From an uncultured bacterium (lineage in GTDB: Bacteria; Babelota; Babeliae; Babelales; Vermiphilaceae): a DNA stretch of 64,000 bases. Both the position numbers and the translations under genes were made by a program. Under the pieces are notes generated by a model. The model searched no databases and was not told the origin of the DNA. It saw only the letters and a list, made by a program, of their open reading frames with translations. The stretch covers positions 480,001 through 544,000 of the forward strand of contig OY970172.1 in NCBI GenBank assembly GCA_963707655.1. The letters run 5' to 3'. Shown here one piece after another: positions 19,777-30,204 of this stretch (its first letter is position 1; each line of letters begins with the position of its first letter).

Positions 19777-20595
19777 GTGAAAATACACATCTCACTACTC
19801 TTGCTACTGGCCTGCATGATGCAACAATACAGTTACAACATGGAGGAAGATTTCTCTGATGACAATTATTCAGATTCAAGCGATATCGCCGCAATGGAAC
19901 AGATTTGGGAAAACCTGCCACTAAATTTTTTATTGCCGATATTGCCACATCTGAAGCCATTAGAGCAAAGGAGTACTGTTGATGAAGCGTGGCGCACCGT
20001 ATCGCCGTTTCCCGTTTTAAAAACCAAATATTTTGAAGCGCTCTGTGACCCAGCATGCTACATAAGCGAAGATGATGACGAAATTCGCCGCAACATTGCT
20101 GCCGCTCTTTGTGTGGACGTATCTCCCAACCATCCATTCATGCACCATTATTTTGTGCATTTCATACAGAAGAGTGATTACGATCTCATAAAGCTGATGC
20201 TTTACAAAAAAGTAAATCCTTGTTGCAAAGCAGGTCCCAGCCATGCGCTCTGCTCTGCACAAACAGTACAAATGGCTCAATTATTAGTAGACCAAGGTGC
20301 CGATTGCAACGCCACCAATGAATGTGGCAATCTCATACACAATACCCTCATGAACTCATTCGAACCAAGACTAATTGGTTATTATGCGGCCACAGGAGTA
20401 AGCTTTGAGCATAGAAACAAAGACGGACTCACCCCATTAGATTATTTCTGTCGAAAATCTATGTACACCAGCAAACTTACCAAAAAGTATATTAAGGCAT
20501 TTTTGAACGCAGGAATAACTGAAGAACAAATAGCCGATGGATTTGGACCCTTACCAGAAACGTGGCAAGAAGTTGAACCACGAGATTGGCGATAA
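19777..20595 (+). CDS. Secreted ankyrin-repeat protein
   Basis: Signal peptide; AQLLVDQGADCNATN and NKDGLTPLD ankyrin motifs. Confidence 0.75.
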   Translation: MKIHISLLLLLACMMQQYSYNMEEDFSDDNYSDSSDIAAMEQIWENLPLNFLLPILPHLKPLEQRSTVDEAWRTVSPFPVLKTKYFEALCDPACYISEDDDEIRRNIAAALCVDVSPNHPFMHHYFVHFIQKSDYDLIKLMLYKKVNPCCKAGPSHALCSAQTVQMAQLLVDQGADCNATNECGNLIHNTLMNSFEPRLIGYYAATGVSFEHRNKDGLTPLDYFCRKSMYTSKLTKKYIKAFLNAGITEEQIADGFGPLPETWQEVEPRDWR

Positions 20596-20609
20596 AGAAG
20601 ATATACTGC

Positions 20610-21554
20610 ATGATTAATAAAAAACAGATACTTTTTTTTGGCATTTTTGTTGCTCCCATACTATTTTTAACCCTTGTACGCACGAATATAGATTATGAAC
20701 AGCACACAAAGCCATATATTCTCTGCACCACCAGTATAATTGGGGATACGGTACAACAGCTGGTTGGCGATACGGTTGAAATACACACCCTGATGGGACC
20801 GGGCATTGATCCTCATTTATATAAAGCGCGCGAAGGAGATGTGCACCGCTTGGCCCGTGCGAACATTATTTTTTATAATGGATTGCATCTTGAAGGTAAG
20901 ATGGCGCATATACTTCACCAGATGAATAGTTACACTGCCAGCATTGCCGTTGCTGATGCTCTTGATGCACAAGATCTTCTGGACGCAGGAATTGAAGGCA
21001 TTCACGATCCCCATATCTGGCACGATGTTATACTCTGGATAAAGGTAGTGAAACATATCACCAGCATTTTATGTGCCAAAATACCACAGCATGCGCAATT
21101 GTATCAAAACAATGCGCATGCATTGTGCACACAGCTGCAAGAATTGGATCATTATATTAAAAATAAAATTGCCACGATTGCTGAAAATAAGCGTATTTTA
21201 GTCACCGCCCATGATGCATTTAGTTATTTTGGCAAGCGTTATGGCATGAGCGTAGTCGGGTTGCAAGGAGTCAGCACCGATGCGGAAATCAGCGCCGGCG
21301 ATGTGCAAAATCTGGTAGATTATCTGGTTGAACAACAACTTCATGCGATTTTTATTGAGTCATCGATCCCGCAACGCAGTATTGAAGCGGTGCACAATGC
21401 CGCTACTGCACGCAATTGGTACGTAACTATTGGGGAAGAGCTCTATTCAGACGCCCTAGGGGATGCACACAGTGATGCTCATAATTATGGCACTATGATA
21501 AAACATAATGTTGACGCGTTGACACAAGCCTTGGCAGCAAACACTCCCTTCTAA
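20610..21554 (+). CDS. troA: Mn/Zn ABC transporter substrate-binding protein (TroA/ZnuA family)
   Basis: GPGIDPHLY, NGLHLE, DPHIW, TAHDAFSYF, LYSDALG. Confidence 0.92.
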   Translation: MINKKQILFFGIFVAPILFLTLVRTNIDYEQHTKPYILCTTSIIGDTVQQLVGDTVEIHTLMGPGIDPHLYKAREGDVHRLARANIIFYNGLHLEGKMAHILHQMNSYTASIAVADALDAQDLLDAGIEGIHDPHIWHDVILWIKVVKHITSILCAKIPQHAQLYQNNAHALCTQLQELDHYIKNKIATIAENKRILVTAHDAFSYFGKRYGMSVVGLQGVSTDAEISAGDVQNLVDYLVEQQLHAIFIESSIPQRSIEAVHNAATARNWYVTIGEELYSDALGDAHSDAHNYGTMIKHNVDALTQALAANTPF

Positions 21555-21678
21555 TCATGTATCATGCGTGCGCCCTGCGCGCCCTGGGTAATCTGTTGCG
21601 CGCAACTCGTCTGTTTATGTACATTGAATAGTAATGGAATAATTCAGGTTGCTGAGTAAGCATTAAAAAGGGGACCAT

Positions 21679-23475
21679 ATGAATCGCCTCAAACAAATGT
21701 TATTGGCTCTGTTATGCATGGGCGGTGGCATTAGCCCCATCTTGTCTGCGGAACAACCATCTGCGGAACGACTTGCTCAAGAAGAATCCAATAATGTCAT
21801 TATACTATTTCAAGACTCGGACACTAAGAAAGAAGTAGATCGCCTTCCTCTGACCAGGCAAGAATTTAATATGCTCAAAAATGCATCTCAAGTCATAGGG
21901 GATATGGTTCAAGATCTTGGACAATCTCAAGTCACAGAAATACCTCTCAATAATAAGTATATTGATAAAGCAATGTTAAGACAGGCGCTGGATATTTTAC
22001 GCGCATACGAAGGGCTAAAGTCTCTATCTTTGCCCGGATATCAGGGTGTAGTTGCGGCAAGCAAAGATAAAAACGTGTTGCAGAGAAATATAGAAAAATT
22101 GATACTGCAAATAAATGCCCTGGGTCAAGGGTTTATAATAGCAGTCGATTATCTGGGTATTGAACTACCGCTCATAAAAACAGCCATGATTAATAAGATG
22201 GTCGCCAAGAATAATCTATTATATGATTTTCCAAAAATCCTAACCGGCCACACCGACGCGGTGTATTCTATTGCGTGCAGCCCTGATGGCAAATATATTG
22301 CCAGCGGTTCCTGGGACAAAACCGTCCGTGTGTGGAATGTTGACCTGGGAACTCTCGCATATACCCTAACCGGCCACAATCAACCGGTGTATTCTGTAGC
22401 ATGGAGCCCTGATGGCAACTTTATCGCCAGTGGTTCGTCGGATAAAACAATCCGCGTGTGGGATGTGCAAACACAACAAATAGCTTATACTCTAACCGAC
22501 CGCACTAACACGGTGTATTCTGTAGCATGGAGCCCTGATGGTAACTCTATTGCCGGTGGTTCTCATGACGCAACTGTCCGCGTGTGGGATGTGCAAACGC
22601 AATCTCTTGCCTATACCCTAACCGGCCATACTGGTGTGGCATGGTCTGTTGCATGGAGCCCTGATGGCAACTACATTGCCAGTGGTTCTTTTGACGAAAA
22701 AATACGCGTGTGGGACGTGCAACGGCGAACTCTCGCATACACCCTAACCGGCCACACTGATGCGGTGCGTTCTGTTGCGTGGAGTCCTGATGGCAACTTT
22801 ATTGCCAGCGGTTCTCATGACAACACGGTCCGCGTGTGGAATGCTCACACGCATCAAGCAGCCTATATCCTAACCAAGGCAGGCTATATTGCGCCGCACC
22901 CTTATGATCATGGCAAATATAAGGTAGGCTCTGTTGCGTGGAGCCCTGATGGCAAATATATTGCCGGCGGTTCGGATGACCGAACAGTACGCGTGTGGAA
23001 TGTTCAAACGCATCAAGTAGCCTATACCCTAACCAAGGCAGGCTTTGTCGCGTGGAGTCCTAGTGACGAATATAAGGTAGGCTCCATTGTATGGAGCCCT
23101 GACGGCAAATACATTGCCAGTGGCTCAAATGACAAAACAATACTCGTGTGGGATCGGAATCCGCTCGAAAGGCTAAACCTTGCTCGAGTGTTATTGATGC
23201 ACACTATCATTGTCTCCAAGAAACTCCCCATCATAATCCCCGAGCAGTCAATACTTCAAGGACCGTCGGAAAAAGCATCTAACATCATGAGTGCCAAAAA
23301 CTCTCCGCAAAATCCGCCCCCGGTGCCGCAGGAGTTGACGCGCGTTGTCTACATGCAACAATTGTTTAACAGCCTGCCCCAGTCAATGCAAGAGTATTTG
23401 TCTACCGTGGCGAAACCTCAACCTCTTCCTCAATCAATAAAAGACGGTATTGATAAAATTTTACGAGCGCAATAG
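21679..23475 (+). CDS. Secreted protein: Skp1/BTB-like N-domain + 7 WD40 repeats
   Basis: Signal peptide; SQVIGDMVQDLG..EIPL and IIAVDYLGIE; repeats GH...V.SVAWSPDG..IASGS.D.T.RVW. Confidence 0.9.
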   Translation: MNRLKQMLLALLCMGGGISPILSAEQPSAERLAQEESNNVIILFQDSDTKKEVDRLPLTRQEFNMLKNASQVIGDMVQDLGQSQVTEIPLNNKYIDKAMLRQALDILRAYEGLKSLSLPGYQGVVAASKDKNVLQRNIEKLILQINALGQGFIIAVDYLGIELPLIKTAMINKMVAKNNLLYDFPKILTGHTDAVYSIACSPDGKYIASGSWDKTVRVWNVDLGTLAYTLTGHNQPVYSVAWSPDGNFIASGSSDKTIRVWDVQTQQIAYTLTDRTNTVYSVAWSPDGNSIAGGSHDATVRVWDVQTQSLAYTLTGHTGVAWSVAWSPDGNYIASGSFDEKIRVWDVQRRTLAYTLTGHTDAVRSVAWSPDGNFIASGSHDNTVRVWNAHTHQAAYILTKAGYIAPHPYDHGKYKVGSVAWSPDGKYIAGGSDDRTVRVWNVQTHQVAYTLTKAGFVAWSPSDEYKVGSIVWSPDGKYIASGSNDKTILVWDRNPLERLNLARVLLMHTIIVSKKLPIIIPEQSILQGPSEKASNIMSAKNSPQNPPPVPQELTRVVYMQQLFNSLPQSMQEYLSTVAKPQPLPQSIKDGIDKILRAQ

Positions 23476-23597
23476 ATAGAATTGATTCTGCCACTGCGCG
23501 CCCCGGGTAATCTGTTGCGGGCAACTCGTCTGTTTATGTACATTGAATAGTAATGGAATAATTCAGGTTGCTGAGTAAGCATTAAAAAGGGGACCAT

Positions 23598-25337
23598 ATG
23601 AATCGCTTCAAACAAATGTTATTGGCTCTGTTATGCATGGGCGGTGGCATTAGCCCCATCTTGTCTGCAGAACAACCATCTGCGGAACGACTTGCTCAAG
23701 AAGAATCCAATATGGTGGTTATACTATTTCAAGACTCGGACACTAAGAAAGAAGTAGATCGCCTTCCTCTGACCAGGCAAGAATTTAATATGCTCAAAAA
23801 TGCATCTCAAGTCATAGGGGATATGGTTCAAGATCTTGAACAATCTCAAGTCAAAGAAATACTTCTCAGTAACAAATATATTGATAGGAATACGCTCAAG
23901 ATAGTTCTAGATTTTTTACAGCGATATCAAGGATTACAAGATCTCTCTTTTCTAGCAATAGACAATAAGGTATCCAAGCCGCGCTCACATGCTGCGGTTG
24001 CTGCAATTAAAAACAAAAAGTTATTACCCACACCTCAACAATTACCACAATACACGCTATCTTCAGAGTTTATAATAGCAGTCGATTATTTAGCTATCGA
24101 ACTGCCGCTCATAAAAAAAGCACTCATCGATAACATGATTGCCAAGAATAATCTATTGGATGGTTTTTTCCATAAACTAACCACCACTGACGTAGTGGAT
24201 TCTGTTGCATGGAGCCCTGATGGCAGATATATTGCCTGTGGTTCGAATGACACAATTCGCGTGTGGAATGTGCAAACACAACAAATAGCCTATACCCTAA
24301 CCGGCTACACTGCCTGGGTGCACTCTGTTGCGTGGAGCCCCGATGGCAACTCTATTGCCAGTGGCTCTTTTGACAATGAGGTCCGCGTGTGGAATGTGCG
24401 AACACAATCTCTTGCATATACTCTAACCGGCCACACTGGCGCGGTGTACTCTGTTGCGTGGAGCTCTGACGGCAAATATATTGCCAGTGGCTCAGAAGAC
24501 GGCTCAATACGCGTGTGGAATGCGCAAACACAATCTCTTGCCTATACTCTAACCGGCCGCACTGGCGCGGTGTACTCTGTTGCGTGGAGCCCTGATGGTA
24601 ACTATATTGCCAGTGGCTCAAATGACAACACAGTTCGCGTGTGGAATGTGCAAACGCATGCTCTTGCCTATACCCTAGCCGGCCACACTCGCCAGGTGCT
24701 CTCTGTTGCGTGGAGCCCCGATGGTAACTTTATTGCCAGTGGTTCAAGAGACTACAAAGTTCTCGTGTGGGATGTGCAAACAAAACAAATAGCCTACACC
24801 ATAACCGGCCACACTCGCCAGGTGCTCTCTGTAGCATGGAGCCCTGATGGTAACTTTATTGCCAGTTGTTCGGATGGCCTCACTGTTCGCGTGTGGAATG
24901 CGCAAACGCACTCTCTTGCCTATACCCTAAACGGCCACACTCCCCTTGCGTGGTCTGTTGCGTGGAGCCCTGATGGCAAATATATTGCCATTGGATCTGG
25001 GAACAACACGGTCCCCGTGTGGGATGTGCAAGCACCCGAAAGACTGACCCTTGCTCAAGCGCTATTGATACATACTATCATTGTCTCCAAGAGACTCCCC
25101 ATCATAATCCCCGAGCAGTCGATACTTCAAGGGCCGTCGAAACAAGCATCTAACATGATAAATCCGCACCGTTTGCCGCCAGTGATTCCACAAGAGTTGA
25201 CGCGTGTTGTCTACATGCAACAATTGTTTAACAGCCTGCCCCAGTCAATGCAAGAGTATTTGTCTACTGTGGCGAAACCTCAACCTCTTCCTCAATCAAT
25301 AAAAGACGGTATTGACACAATTGTACGAGCGCACTAG
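23598..25337 (+). CDS. Secreted Skp1/BTB-like + 7 WD40 protein (paralog)
   Basis: Same architecture as the 21679 gene. Confidence 0.9.
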   Translation: MNRFKQMLLALLCMGGGISPILSAEQPSAERLAQEESNMVVILFQDSDTKKEVDRLPLTRQEFNMLKNASQVIGDMVQDLEQSQVKEILLSNKYIDRNTLKIVLDFLQRYQGLQDLSFLAIDNKVSKPRSHAAVAAIKNKKLLPTPQQLPQYTLSSEFIIAVDYLAIELPLIKKALIDNMIAKNNLLDGFFHKLTTTDVVDSVAWSPDGRYIACGSNDTIRVWNVQTQQIAYTLTGYTAWVHSVAWSPDGNSIASGSFDNEVRVWNVRTQSLAYTLTGHTGAVYSVAWSSDGKYIASGSEDGSIRVWNAQTQSLAYTLTGRTGAVYSVAWSPDGNYIASGSNDNTVRVWNVQTHALAYTLAGHTRQVLSVAWSPDGNFIASGSRDYKVLVWDVQTKQIAYTITGHTRQVLSVAWSPDGNFIASCSDGLTVRVWNAQTHSLAYTLNGHTPLAWSVAWSPDGKYIAIGSGNNTVPVWDVQAPERLTLAQALLIHTIIVSKRLPIIIPEQSILQGPSKQASNMINPHRLPPVIPQELTRVVYMQQLFNSLPQSMQEYLSTVAKPQPLPQSIKDGIDTIVRAH

Positions 25338-25487
25338 ATAGAACCACACATTCGGGGGGCTTACCATGCCCCCTCCATTATCAACTTCTGTTTCAAAGAC
25401 GCGGGACAAGGCTACGACTTTTTGATATACTTTTTTTTACTTTTTCAACGGCAAAAACCAAAACACTTTCAAGCGCACAAAGAGACC

Positions 25488-26231
25488 ATGTCAAAAAGCA
25501 ATACCGCCGCTATAGAAATAAACAATCTTACCGTTGCCTACCACAACAAACCGGTGCTTTGGCAGGTAGATTGCTCTATTGCACAAGGAGCCATGGTTGC
25601 CATTGTGGGGCCCAACGGCGCAGGAAAAACAACATTACTCAGAGCCATGCTTGGTCTGTTATCTCCTCTGGCCGGCACTATTACTTTACTAGGTAAAACA
25701 CATACGCAGATGAAAAAATCTATTGCCTATGTACCGCAACGCTCATTAGTTGACTGGGATTTTCCTGTCACTGCTCTTGATGTTGTCATGATGGGCACGT
25801 ATGGCGCATTGGGCTGGATAAAGCGACCGGGAAAAAAAGAATATGATGCGGCATATCTGGCACTTGAACAAGTTACTATGCTTTCCCATGCTCAATCTCC
25901 TATTGGCCAGCTCTCCGGCGGCCAGCAGCAACGCATTTTTATTGCGCGCGCACTGGTGCAGAATGCACCGCTGTATATGCTTGACGAGCCGTTTGTTGGC
26001 ATTGATAAAAGCACTGAACAAATAATCAGCACACTGCTCAAACAGGAACAGGAAAAAGGGAAAACAATTTTGGCGGTGCATCATGATTTGCATACGGTGA
26101 CCAGCTATTTTGATTCCGCATTACTTTTAAATAAAACCCATATTGCAAGCGGGCCATTGGCGCACAGCTTTACTCATGAAAATTTGCAAAAAACATTTAA
26201 TTATTCATCATTCTCACTGCAGGGACAATAG
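25488..26231 (+). CDS. troB: Mn/Zn ABC transporter ATP-binding protein
   Basis: GPNGAGKTT, YVPQR, LSGGQQQR, LDEPF. Confidence 0.93.
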   Translation: MSKSNTAAIEINNLTVAYHNKPVLWQVDCSIAQGAMVAIVGPNGAGKTTLLRAMLGLLSPLAGTITLLGKTHTQMKKSIAYVPQRSLVDWDFPVTALDVVMMGTYGALGWIKRPGKKEYDAAYLALEQVTMLSHAQSPIGQLSGGQQQRIFIARALVQNAPLYMLDEPFVGIDKSTEQIISTLLKQEQEKGKTILAVHHDLHTVTSYFDSALLLNKTHIASGPLAHSFTHENLQKTFNYSSFSLQGQ

Positions 26232-26233
26232 AT

Positions 26234-27091
26234 ATGTCTTGGTTCTCCCATTATTACCATCTCTGCATAATCTTATTTGGCAGTTCATTAATTGGGCTGA
26301 TTGCAGGCGCTTTGGGAACCTTTGTCTACCTGAGAAAACAGAGCTTGGTCGGCGATGCCATTTCACATGCAACGCTACCGGGTATTGTGCTTGCCCTGCT
26401 GATCACCGCTAACAAAAACCCCACTCTCTTGCTCCTGGGTGGCGCTATTTCAGGAACCATCGGCATTATTTCTGCCCTGCTCATAACACGTATAACCAAA
26501 TTACAGAGCGATACGGTGCTCGGTATAATTTTATCATTGTTCTTTGGTACCGGATTATTGTTACTATCAATAGTTCAAAAATATCCACGCGCTGACCAGG
26601 CGGTGCTGAATAAATTTTTATTTGGCAACATTGCTATTCTCTTGCCCAGCGATGTGTGGCCGCTGCTCATTGTTGGTCTACTAGCCGGCAGCACACTGTT
26701 CATATTTTGGAAAGAATTAAAGGTTTACAGCTTTGATCAGGAATTTTCAAACGGAATACCGCACCTGAATACGACGATCAATATTCTGCTTACCGCCCTA
26801 CTTGTCATGGTCATTACCATCTGCTTGCAATGTGTCGGCGTAATTCTTATGAGCTCACTATTAATTGCACCCACTGCCGCAGCGCGCCAATGGACCGTGC
26901 GTTTGGAAACAACAACAGTATTGGCCGCCTTTTTTGGTGCAGTATCTGCGGTGATAGGAACACTCATCAGTAACAGCATACATACCCCAACAGGACCCAC
27001 CATTGTGCTGGTAATAAGCACGCTTATTAGCGCATCGCTTATTCTTTCTCCCCGTCGGGGATTGCTGATGTATTGGTTTAAACGCGTTTAG
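26234..27091 (+). CDS. troC: Mn/Zn ABC transporter permease
   Basis: SLVGDAISHATLPG (ABC-3 permease motif). Confidence 0.9.
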   Translation: MSWFSHYYHLCIILFGSSLIGLIAGALGTFVYLRKQSLVGDAISHATLPGIVLALLITANKNPTLLLLGGAISGTIGIISALLITRITKLQSDTVLGIILSLFFGTGLLLLSIVQKYPRADQAVLNKFLFGNIAILLPSDVWPLLIVGLLAGSTLFIFWKELKVYSFDQEFSNGIPHLNTTINILLTALLVMVITICLQCVGVILMSSLLIAPTAAARQWTVRLETTTVLAAFFGAVSAVIGTLISNSIHTPTGPTIVLVISTLISASLILSPRRGLLMYWFKRV

Positions 27092-27107
27092 ATAGAAGAT
27101 AACAATA

Positions 27108-28196
27108 ATGAATATGCTCCAATTACACATCATGCTCATCGCCTGCCTGGTTTCTTTGGTAACTGTATTGCCGGGAACATTTCTGGTGTTACAAAACAGT
27201 GCATTTATGAGCGATGCGATTAGCCATGCGATACTACCCGGCATTGTTATTATGTTTTTATGGATCAAGCATTTGGACTCGCCACTATTGCTTATCGGAG
27301 CATCATTGGCCGGGCTCTGCAGCGTGTTGTTAACACAGCTTCTTATTCAAACCGATCGCATAAAAAAAGATGCCGCCATTGGTCTTGTTTTCCCTCTGTT
27401 TTTTTCAGTTGGGGTCATTTTAATAAGCCTGTACGCGCGGAACGTGCATATTGATGCAGATATGGTACTTTTGGGCGAACTTGCCTTTGCCCCTTTTAAT
27501 CGTTTTGTGTTCCACTCATATGATCTTGGCCCAACCGCATTGTGGAGCCTTGGCGCTATAGGAATTTTTACTGCAGCAATTATTACCATTTTTTTTAAAG
27601 AATTTGTTCTTGTATCGTTCGACAAAGAGTATGCGCAAACTAATGGATTCAGCCCACAAATTTTGTTTTACAGCATCATGGCGCTTACCAGTATTGTTGC
27701 TGTTGGCGCATTTGATAGCGTTGGCTCAATTGTTACCATTGCACTCATGATTATTCCTCCTGCCGGCGCACTCTTGCTGTGCACACAAGTAAAGCCACTC
27801 ATTGTAACCAGCATGGGAATAAGCGTGAGCGCATCATTAACCGGTTATTGCATTTCCCATCTGGCAGATGTTTCTATCGCCGGATCAATAGCCGTTGCCA
27901 ACGGCATATTTTTTATAATAATCTTCTTCATAGCTCCGCACAGGGGCCTGCTTGCATACTTCTATAGAAACAACAGACAAAAGCATGAATGGGCAGAAGC
28001 AATTTTGTGCACTACACTGCTCAAAAAAGCGGTATCGGTTCATACGCTTGCAAAAGAGCTCAACTGGTCCTTATCTTATACTCATACGGTAGTTGCCAAT
28101 GTGACGCGCAAGGGGGAACTTATTGTACGCGGAGACATACTTACGTTGTCCCCCGAGGGAAAAATCAGGGCTGAAAAAAATTATACTCATTTCTAA
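27108..28196 (+). CDS. troD: Mn/Zn ABC transporter permease with a C-terminal winged-helix-like tail
   Basis: MSDAISHAILPG; soluble tail SVHTLAKELNWS...LTLSPEGK. Confidence 0.88.
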   Translation: MNMLQLHIMLIACLVSLVTVLPGTFLVLQNSAFMSDAISHAILPGIVIMFLWIKHLDSPLLLIGASLAGLCSVLLTQLLIQTDRIKKDAAIGLVFPLFFSVGVILISLYARNVHIDADMVLLGELAFAPFNRFVFHSYDLGPTALWSLGAIGIFTAAIITIFFKEFVLVSFDKEYAQTNGFSPQILFYSIMALTSIVAVGAFDSVGSIVTIALMIIPPAGALLLCTQVKPLIVTSMGISVSASLTGYCISHLADVSIAGSIAVANGIFFIIIFFIAPHRGLLAYFYRNNRQKHEWAEAILCTTLLKKAVSVHTLAKELNWSLSYTHTVVANVTRKGELIVRGDILTLSPEGKIRAEKNYTHF

Positions 28197-28292
28197 AAGC
28201 TGATACCCGATATATTGCATTGGGCCGTTAATTTTTATTACAATTAGCATTGGCGACATGTGACATAATAAAATAAAAAAAGGGGGAGATTC

Positions 28293-28541
28293 ATGTCACT
28301 TTCAAAGTATGTCCTGTTTTTTATATGCTTAACGCTCTATGGCACTGAACAACATTATTCAGAAAAAGAGCTTTCGTTTTTGATCGCCACTGAGTATAGA
28401 ACATTACGCGCACAAGAAAATATTCTGGCACAATCACCAAGCAATGCGCAGGTTAAAAAGTCTATAGAGCAAACTATTGCGCGCATAAAAAAACGAATCG
28501 GCGAACTGGAGTGCCAAAGAGAAAAAGAGGTGAATCAATAA
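28293..28541 (+). CDS. Small secreted hypothetical protein
   Basis: GGAG RBS, signal peptide, helical content. Confidence 0.6.
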   Translation: MSLSKYVLFFICLTLYGTEQHYSEKELSFLIATEYRTLRAQENILAQSPSNAQVKKSIEQTIARIKKRIGELECQREKEVNQ

Positions 28542-28668
28542 CAGTCAACGTCGCTCAATGTCTGGATTACATATGCTTAAAATAATAAAAATATTAACTT
28601 ATTTGCGTAAAAGTTGTTCTTTCTGCTATTCTGTTGCTGTTAAATAGTTTTTTAAGTAAGGGGCTTTT

Positions 28669-29769
28669 ATGGTAGAGCCAGCCAAATCAATCGCTGAAGC
28701 ACATTTGTTTTCAGGAAACATTTTTATTTTCCATGCTTTTGATGTGGGAGAAGATATCAATCTTGAAAAAGTACGCAATTCAGGAGTAATAATTCCTCGC
28801 CCGCTTACGTTACCCAAATACTTTAAAAATTATCACATTCCCCTTGCTATCGAATTACCCAATAGCAGCCAGAGTAGCCATTGCATCAGTGCCAAAATTC
28901 ATAACTTTGGTGCAATTTCACTCACCTACAAAATTCCTTTTACCGATAGTTTAGAAAATGTTCGTAAAAATCTAGAAAAAATCGATGACCATTTTCAAGA
29001 GCAAAGCCTTGTTGACGGACAAAGCATCTTTCACCGCATAAGCAATATGATCATCAATGCCAAGTTTTTTCAGATGACATCATCGTATGTTATTATTCAG
29101 GTGGATCCTGAACCTGAATTTATTGATACGGTACAATTAAAGGCAAGTTTTGGTTCTCTGATTGCTTCAACATTGCGCTTTGAAACAGAAAGCCTTTCAG
29201 AGTTTCAAAAAAATGAAATTTTAGCCTCGGCAATTGGTTATTTCCGCGGCGATTTGATGGTGATAGATACCGAAGCATCATTTGTGTACGATGCGGAGTA
29301 TGAAGAAATTCTTGATTTCTTTGAGTTTGCCAATATTCAACAGCTTGAATTACGCTATTTTGACCTTGTGCTCGATCAACAATTAAACATGATTTATGAA
29401 GATAAAGTGCGTCGCGTACCGCTTACTTCATATCTTCCTTTTATTGGAGTGCAAACAAAAAGCCCCGTTGATGAGTTGGGTAAATTAAAAGTTGATATTT
29501 CAGTGATTACAGAACGATTGGAGGGCAGCATTAAACTTGCCGGGGAGCCTTATTTTTCTGAACTTTATGCATTATTGGTAGATAAGTTCGATTTACAAGG
29601 TTGGCAAGAAGCGGTAAATAAAAAACTTTCTATTATTTTGGATGTACGCTCGGTATTGCAAAATAAAACCGATGCGATTCGTGAAGATCTGCTCAACGTA
29701 TTGATTATTATTTTAATTTTCATTGAGCTTGTGGTGGGTCTTTTAAATTATATAACACCTGGACATTAA
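28669..29769 (+). CDS. Conserved hypothetical protein with C-terminal TM (RMD1/DUF155-like)
   Basis: FEFANIQQLELRYFD..LD motif; C-terminal LIIILIFIE helix. Confidence 0.65.
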   Translation: MVEPAKSIAEAHLFSGNIFIFHAFDVGEDINLEKVRNSGVIIPRPLTLPKYFKNYHIPLAIELPNSSQSSHCISAKIHNFGAISLTYKIPFTDSLENVRKNLEKIDDHFQEQSLVDGQSIFHRISNMIINAKFFQMTSSYVIIQVDPEPEFIDTVQLKASFGSLIASTLRFETESLSEFQKNEILASAIGYFRGDLMVIDTEASFVYDAEYEEILDFFEFANIQQLELRYFDLVLDQQLNMIYEDKVRRVPLTSYLPFIGVQTKSPVDELGKLKVDISVITERLEGSIKLAGEPYFSELYALLVDKFDLQGWQEAVNKKLSIILDVRSVLQNKTDAIREDLLNVLIIILIFIELVVGLLNYITPGH

Positions 29770-29825
29770 CAAAAAAACGGTACAATTATTTCATCTCACC
29801 TTTCATTTTCTGGACTTTAAAACAC

Positions 29826-30158
29826 ATGATTAACAAAATAATTATTACATCACTTTTGGTCGCTACTACTTTTGGCATGGAAAAAGAAATTAAGCATACA
29901 CGCCGCTTCCTCAAAACGTCTCGAGAAAGTTCTCCGTCTAACGTAGTTGATCCCTTGTTAAATGCCTGGGTTGCTAGTCTAGGAGAAGAAAAACTTTCTC
30001 TTAAGAAAAAAGAAGTTGCGCAGGTAATACATAACACACGATTAAATCAAACTAGCGAAAAACCGTTATCCGTACCCGAACTAGAAACGCTCGTAGAAAA
30101 TTGGCTCAACTCAATGACGGCGCAACGCGCAAAGACGGCGCAACGCGCAAAATTATAG
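29826..30158 (+). CDS. Small secreted hypothetical protein
   Basis: Signal peptide ending TFG-MEK; terminal TAQRAK duplicated (18-bp tandem repeat 30117-30152). Confidence 0.65.
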   Translation: MINKIIITSLLVATTFGMEKEIKHTRRFLKTSRESSPSNVVDPLLNAWVASLGEEKLSLKKKEVAQVIHNTRLNQTSEKPLSVPELETLVENWLNSMTAQRAKTAQRAKL

Positions 30159-30204
30159 ACCAACAAATGAAGCGCTCGTCTTCTTATCAGGTACACTGTA
30201 AACA

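Larger units (their letters stand above)
21577..25343 (+). repeat. Tandem duplication (about 1.9 kb unit, offset 1919 nt) carrying the two WD40 genes
   Basis: About 100 nt upstream, the first ~60 codons and the 3' ends are near-identical between copies; the central parts are diverged. Confidence 0.9.

Noticed and set aside
22240..25030. CRISPR-like periodic repeats
   Set aside because: They are in-frame WD40 coding repeats with no unique spacers and no cas genes.
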